From assembly GCA_965284645.1 (NCBI GenBank), contig OZ260106.1:2328962-2392961 (forward strand): 64,000 nt of DNA. The letters run 5' to 3'. The translations under genes were made by a program, and so were the position numbers. Below are positions 61,515 to 64,000 of this stretch, in pieces (position 1 is the stretch's first letter; each line of letters starts with the position of its first letter). The notes beneath the pieces were generated by a model that saw only the letters and a program-made list of their open reading frames with translations, was not told where the DNA came from and did no database searches. Source of the DNA: an uncultured Bacteroidia bacterium (GTDB lineage: Bacteria; Bacteroidota; Bacteroidia; JAIBAJ01).

Positions 61515-63080
61515 ATGGTAAAAAAAATAATAGTTCTATTTGTAGGTTTCCTATTTACCTGTAACCTTTGGGTTTCATCCCAGGTGCAATCCGTACTTAG
61601 GTTTGTTGAAGACGACCCAATCATTTCAGTTTTGGATAGTCTTTCTACCTTGAAGTTCTTCAGGAATTCAAGTTTTACAACCGATCGTGATATTTTAAAT
61701 ATCTACAAATTTCCACCTGATTCGGTTCCACGATACGATGATTTTATTTATCAATACAGAATTTCTAAACTCAATGCAAAATCTCCGTTTCATCTGGTTT
61801 ATAATGATGCTGTAAAACAATACATTGAAGCTTATTCACTTCGGAAACGTGATTTGGTTCCTCGACTTTTAGGATTGGCTCAACAATATTTTCCATTGTT
61901 TGAAGAACATCTAGATAAATACAATTTGCCATTGGAATTGAAATATTTGGCCATTGTTGAATCAGCCTTGAACCCCATTGCAACTTCCAAATCAGGCGCT
62001 AGAGGATTGTGGCAATTTATGTATCAAACGGGTAAAATTTACAACCTGGATGTAACTTCCTATGTTGATCAACGCTGCGACCCATTTTTAGCTACCAATG
62101 CAGCTTGCGAATATTTTAAATACCTGTATGATATGTTTGGAAATTGGGAACTTGTTTTGGCAGCCTACAATGGAGGTCCAGGTACAGTAAACAAAGCCAT
62201 TCGCCGTTCAGGAGGGAAAATGAACTATTGGGAAATACGACCAAATCTTCCAGTCGAAACCCAAGGATATGTACCCGCTTTTTTTGCGGTAAACTATATT
62301 ATGAATTATGCCTCTGAACACAATCTTTTCCCAATTTCTCCTAAGGTTTTTCATTACGAGGTTGATACCGTTGTTTTGCGCGATAGAGTGACATTTGAAG
62401 CCTTGTCAAATGCCTTGGATATCGGTGTAGATGAAATTCAATACCTGAATCCAATGTATCGTCGCATGGTTATTCCTCCGCCTCAAGCAAATTCTGAACC
62501 CTTTACCTTGGTTCTTCCCATTTCAAAAATTGGAAAGTTCCTAAGCAATGAAGCCGCTGTTTATGAGTACTCCAAAGAAATTGAAAATGTAGCTTTTGCC
62601 CAAACCAAGGAATTTGAAAGTGTGGAGGTAATGAAGAAGCATAAAGTGAAAAAGGGAGAAACCATGACAAGAATTGCAGCTCGCTACAAATGCACGGTTT
62701 ATGACATCAAAACATGGAACAATCTAAAGAAAAATAGCGTGCACACCGGTCAGCTATTAACTATCTATGTAAATAAAAAAGTGGAAGTAAGCAAGCCTGA
62801 AAGTAAACCCACAGCATCTTCCACTAGCAATTCAATCGCCTTAGCTGAAAACAATACCAATGATGAAGCAAGTGCCACACCAGAAGTGGTTGCTGAAAAA
62901 ACTGTAGAAAAGAAGCTGGCTGAAAATGCAGTTAAATCAAAATTTTATACCGTTAAAAAAGGGGATACCTTATTTAGAATAGCTAGTGAAAACAACCTAA
63001 GTTTGGATGAATTGCTTCGCTTGAATGATATGAACCGAAATTCAACCTTGAAAATCGGACAACGTTTAAAAGTTGGATAA
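61515..63080 (+). CDS. MltD-like lytic transglycosylase with C-terminal LysM domains
   Basis: Soluble-lytic-transglycosylase motif 'AIVESALNPIATSKSGARGLWQFM'. Two LysM repeats ('KKGETMTRIAARY', 'KKGDTLFRIASEN'). Confidence 0.85.
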   Translation: MVKKIIVLFVGFLFTCNLWVSSQVQSVLRFVEDDPIISVLDSLSTLKFFRNSSFTTDRDILNIYKFPPDSVPRYDDFIYQYRISKLNAKSPFHLVYNDAVKQYIEAYSLRKRDLVPRLLGLAQQYFPLFEEHLDKYNLPLELKYLAIVESALNPIATSKSGARGLWQFMYQTGKIYNLDVTSYVDQRCDPFLATNAACEYFKYLYDMFGNWELVLAAYNGGPGTVNKAIRRSGGKMNYWEIRPNLPVETQGYVPAFFAVNYIMNYASEHNLFPISPKVFHYEVDTVVLRDRVTFEALSNALDIGVDEIQYLNPMYRRMVIPPPQANSEPFTLVLPISKIGKFLSNEAAVYEYSKEIENVAFAQTKEFESVEVMKKHKVKKGETMTRIAARYKCTVYDIKTWNNLKKNSVHTGQLLTIYVNKKVEVSKPESKPTASSTSNSIALAENNTNDEASATPEVVAEKTVEKKLAENAVKSKFYTVKKGDTLFRIASENNLSLDELLRLNDMNRNSTLKIGQRLKVG

Positions 63081-63130
63081 AATACCATTGATTACAAGGA
63101 AATTGCCTCAACTTTTTCCTTGTATTCTTT

Positions 63131-63355
63131 CTATTCCATTACCTTAATTATATTTACCGGACAACTTTCCACAACCTGTAAACTCAACTCTCTGGCAAAT
63201 TCAGGAATTTCAAGAATATGGGTTGTCTTTTTCAATACAGAATGTAATAAGGTGGCTTTACCATCTTTTTTTGACAATCGCCAATATTCGGGCTGCATTT
63301 CAAAACAGATATTACAGCCAATGCATTTGGAGCGGTAATGGACCAGTTTAGGCAT
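63131..63355 (-). CDS. Small 4Fe-4S ferredoxin-like protein
   Basis: 'CIGCNIC' ... 'CP' single-cluster pattern. 8-nt overlap with the upstream U32 peptidase. Confidence 0.45.
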   Translation of the reverse strand: MPKLVHYRSKCIGCNICFEMQPEYWRLSKKDGKATLLHSVLKKTTHILEIPEFARELSLQVVESCPVNIIKVME

Positions 63356-64000
63356 TGTCAGTAACTACTTTATAAAGCTTATCATTTTTCTTAATGGCCT
63401 TATTAAATTTAAAGGTGATTCTATCGCCTTTTCCTGCATTTTCTGATTCGTTGCCATTCACAAAAAGTGCATCCAAATGTATTTTGTCGTATCCCGTATC
63501 CCTGCCTATAACCATAATGGTATCTCCCTTTTTCAATTGCCCTGTTTCTATCTCAAATTCTGCAACTTCCAATTTGGGATAGTACTTGGTACCGCGAGCA
63601 ATATAGATTTTCTTTTCAGTGGCCACAGAACCGGGATGTTTGTTGGTCCATTCGCCCAATTTTTTGCCCATAAAATAGCCTTCCCAAAAACCTCGGTTGT
63701 AAACACTGGATAATCTTTCCTGCCAAACCTGAATTTTTTCTGAAGTATAGGTATTGTCATGAACTGATTGAATCGCTTCCTGATAACATTGGGTGGTAGT
63801 GAAAACATAATCGGCAGATTTTCCACGGCCTTCTATTTTGAAAACATCCACACCGGCCTGCATCAATTGATCTACAAAATCAATCGTACACAAATCTTTA
63901 GGCGACATAATGTATTCATTGTCAATTTCCAACACATTACCGGTTTCTTTATCGATTACCTCATAGGGCCGGCGGCAATTTTGTACACAGGCTCCGCGAT
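63348..64000 (-). CDS. Peptidase U32 family protein (N-terminus beyond window end)
   Basis: 'FKIEGRGKS' U32 signature region. The reading frame stays open to 64000. Confidence 0.7.
   Translation of the reverse strand, partial: RGACVQNCRRPYEVIDKETGNVLEIDNEYIMSPKDLCTIDFVDQLMQAGVDVFKIEGRGKSADYVFTTTQCYQEAIQSVHDNTYTSEKIQVWQERLSSVYNRGFWEGYFMGKKLGEWTNKHPGSVATEKKIYIARGTKYYPKLEVAEFEIETGQLKKGDTIMVIGRDTGYDKIHLDALFVNGNESENAGKGDRITFKFNKAIKKNDKLYKVVTDNA

Noticed and set aside
1-64000. tRNA, rRNA, tmRNA and RNase P genes
   Set aside because: By-eye scan of every intergenic region larger than 100 bp found no T-loop 'GGTTCGAATCC' or cloverleaf candidates, and no rRNA-like conserved blocks.

Overview
This 64-kb window looks like a Bacteroidetes chromosomal segment: roughly 38-40% GC, three T9SS C-terminal-domain cargo proteins, a SprB-type repeat protein, LytS/LytTR and OmpR-type two-component pairs, and the conserved MoxR-SurA/PpiC cluster. 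Most genes are single-copy housekeeping or envelope genes: queA, pdxJ, ispE, a UbiD-family decarboxylase, a GT9 heptosyltransferase, YfhO, MltD-like, cysN, and a U32 peptidase cut at the window edge. A 15-kb block (24.2-39.1 kb) has about 20 small stress/accessory genes all on the plus strand. There is also an RND heavy-metal efflux locus in which CzcA and the outer-membrane factor are one in-frame ORF. I found no tRNA, rRNA or CRISPR, and no classic defence or phage gene set.

What the ORF track does not explain is mostly non-coding:
- Family-1: a structured intergenic repeat of about 150-175 bp with seven copies in both orientations. It has a conserved core, a 3' module with two mutually exclusive pairings, and one compensatory base change between copies.
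- Family-2: a second element of about 130 bp with two hairpins and at least five copies. It sits directly next to family-1 at three sites.
- Two genes (an M23 peptidase and a subclass-B1 metallo-beta-lactamase) are each broken by a single-base frameshift inside a poly-T tract.
- A 1292-aa collagen-like (Gly-X-Y) surface protein encoded by about 1.9 kb of near-perfect 9/54-bp tandem DNA repeats.
- A truncated aldehyde-dehydrogenase-like ORF that ends before the catalytic cysteine region.
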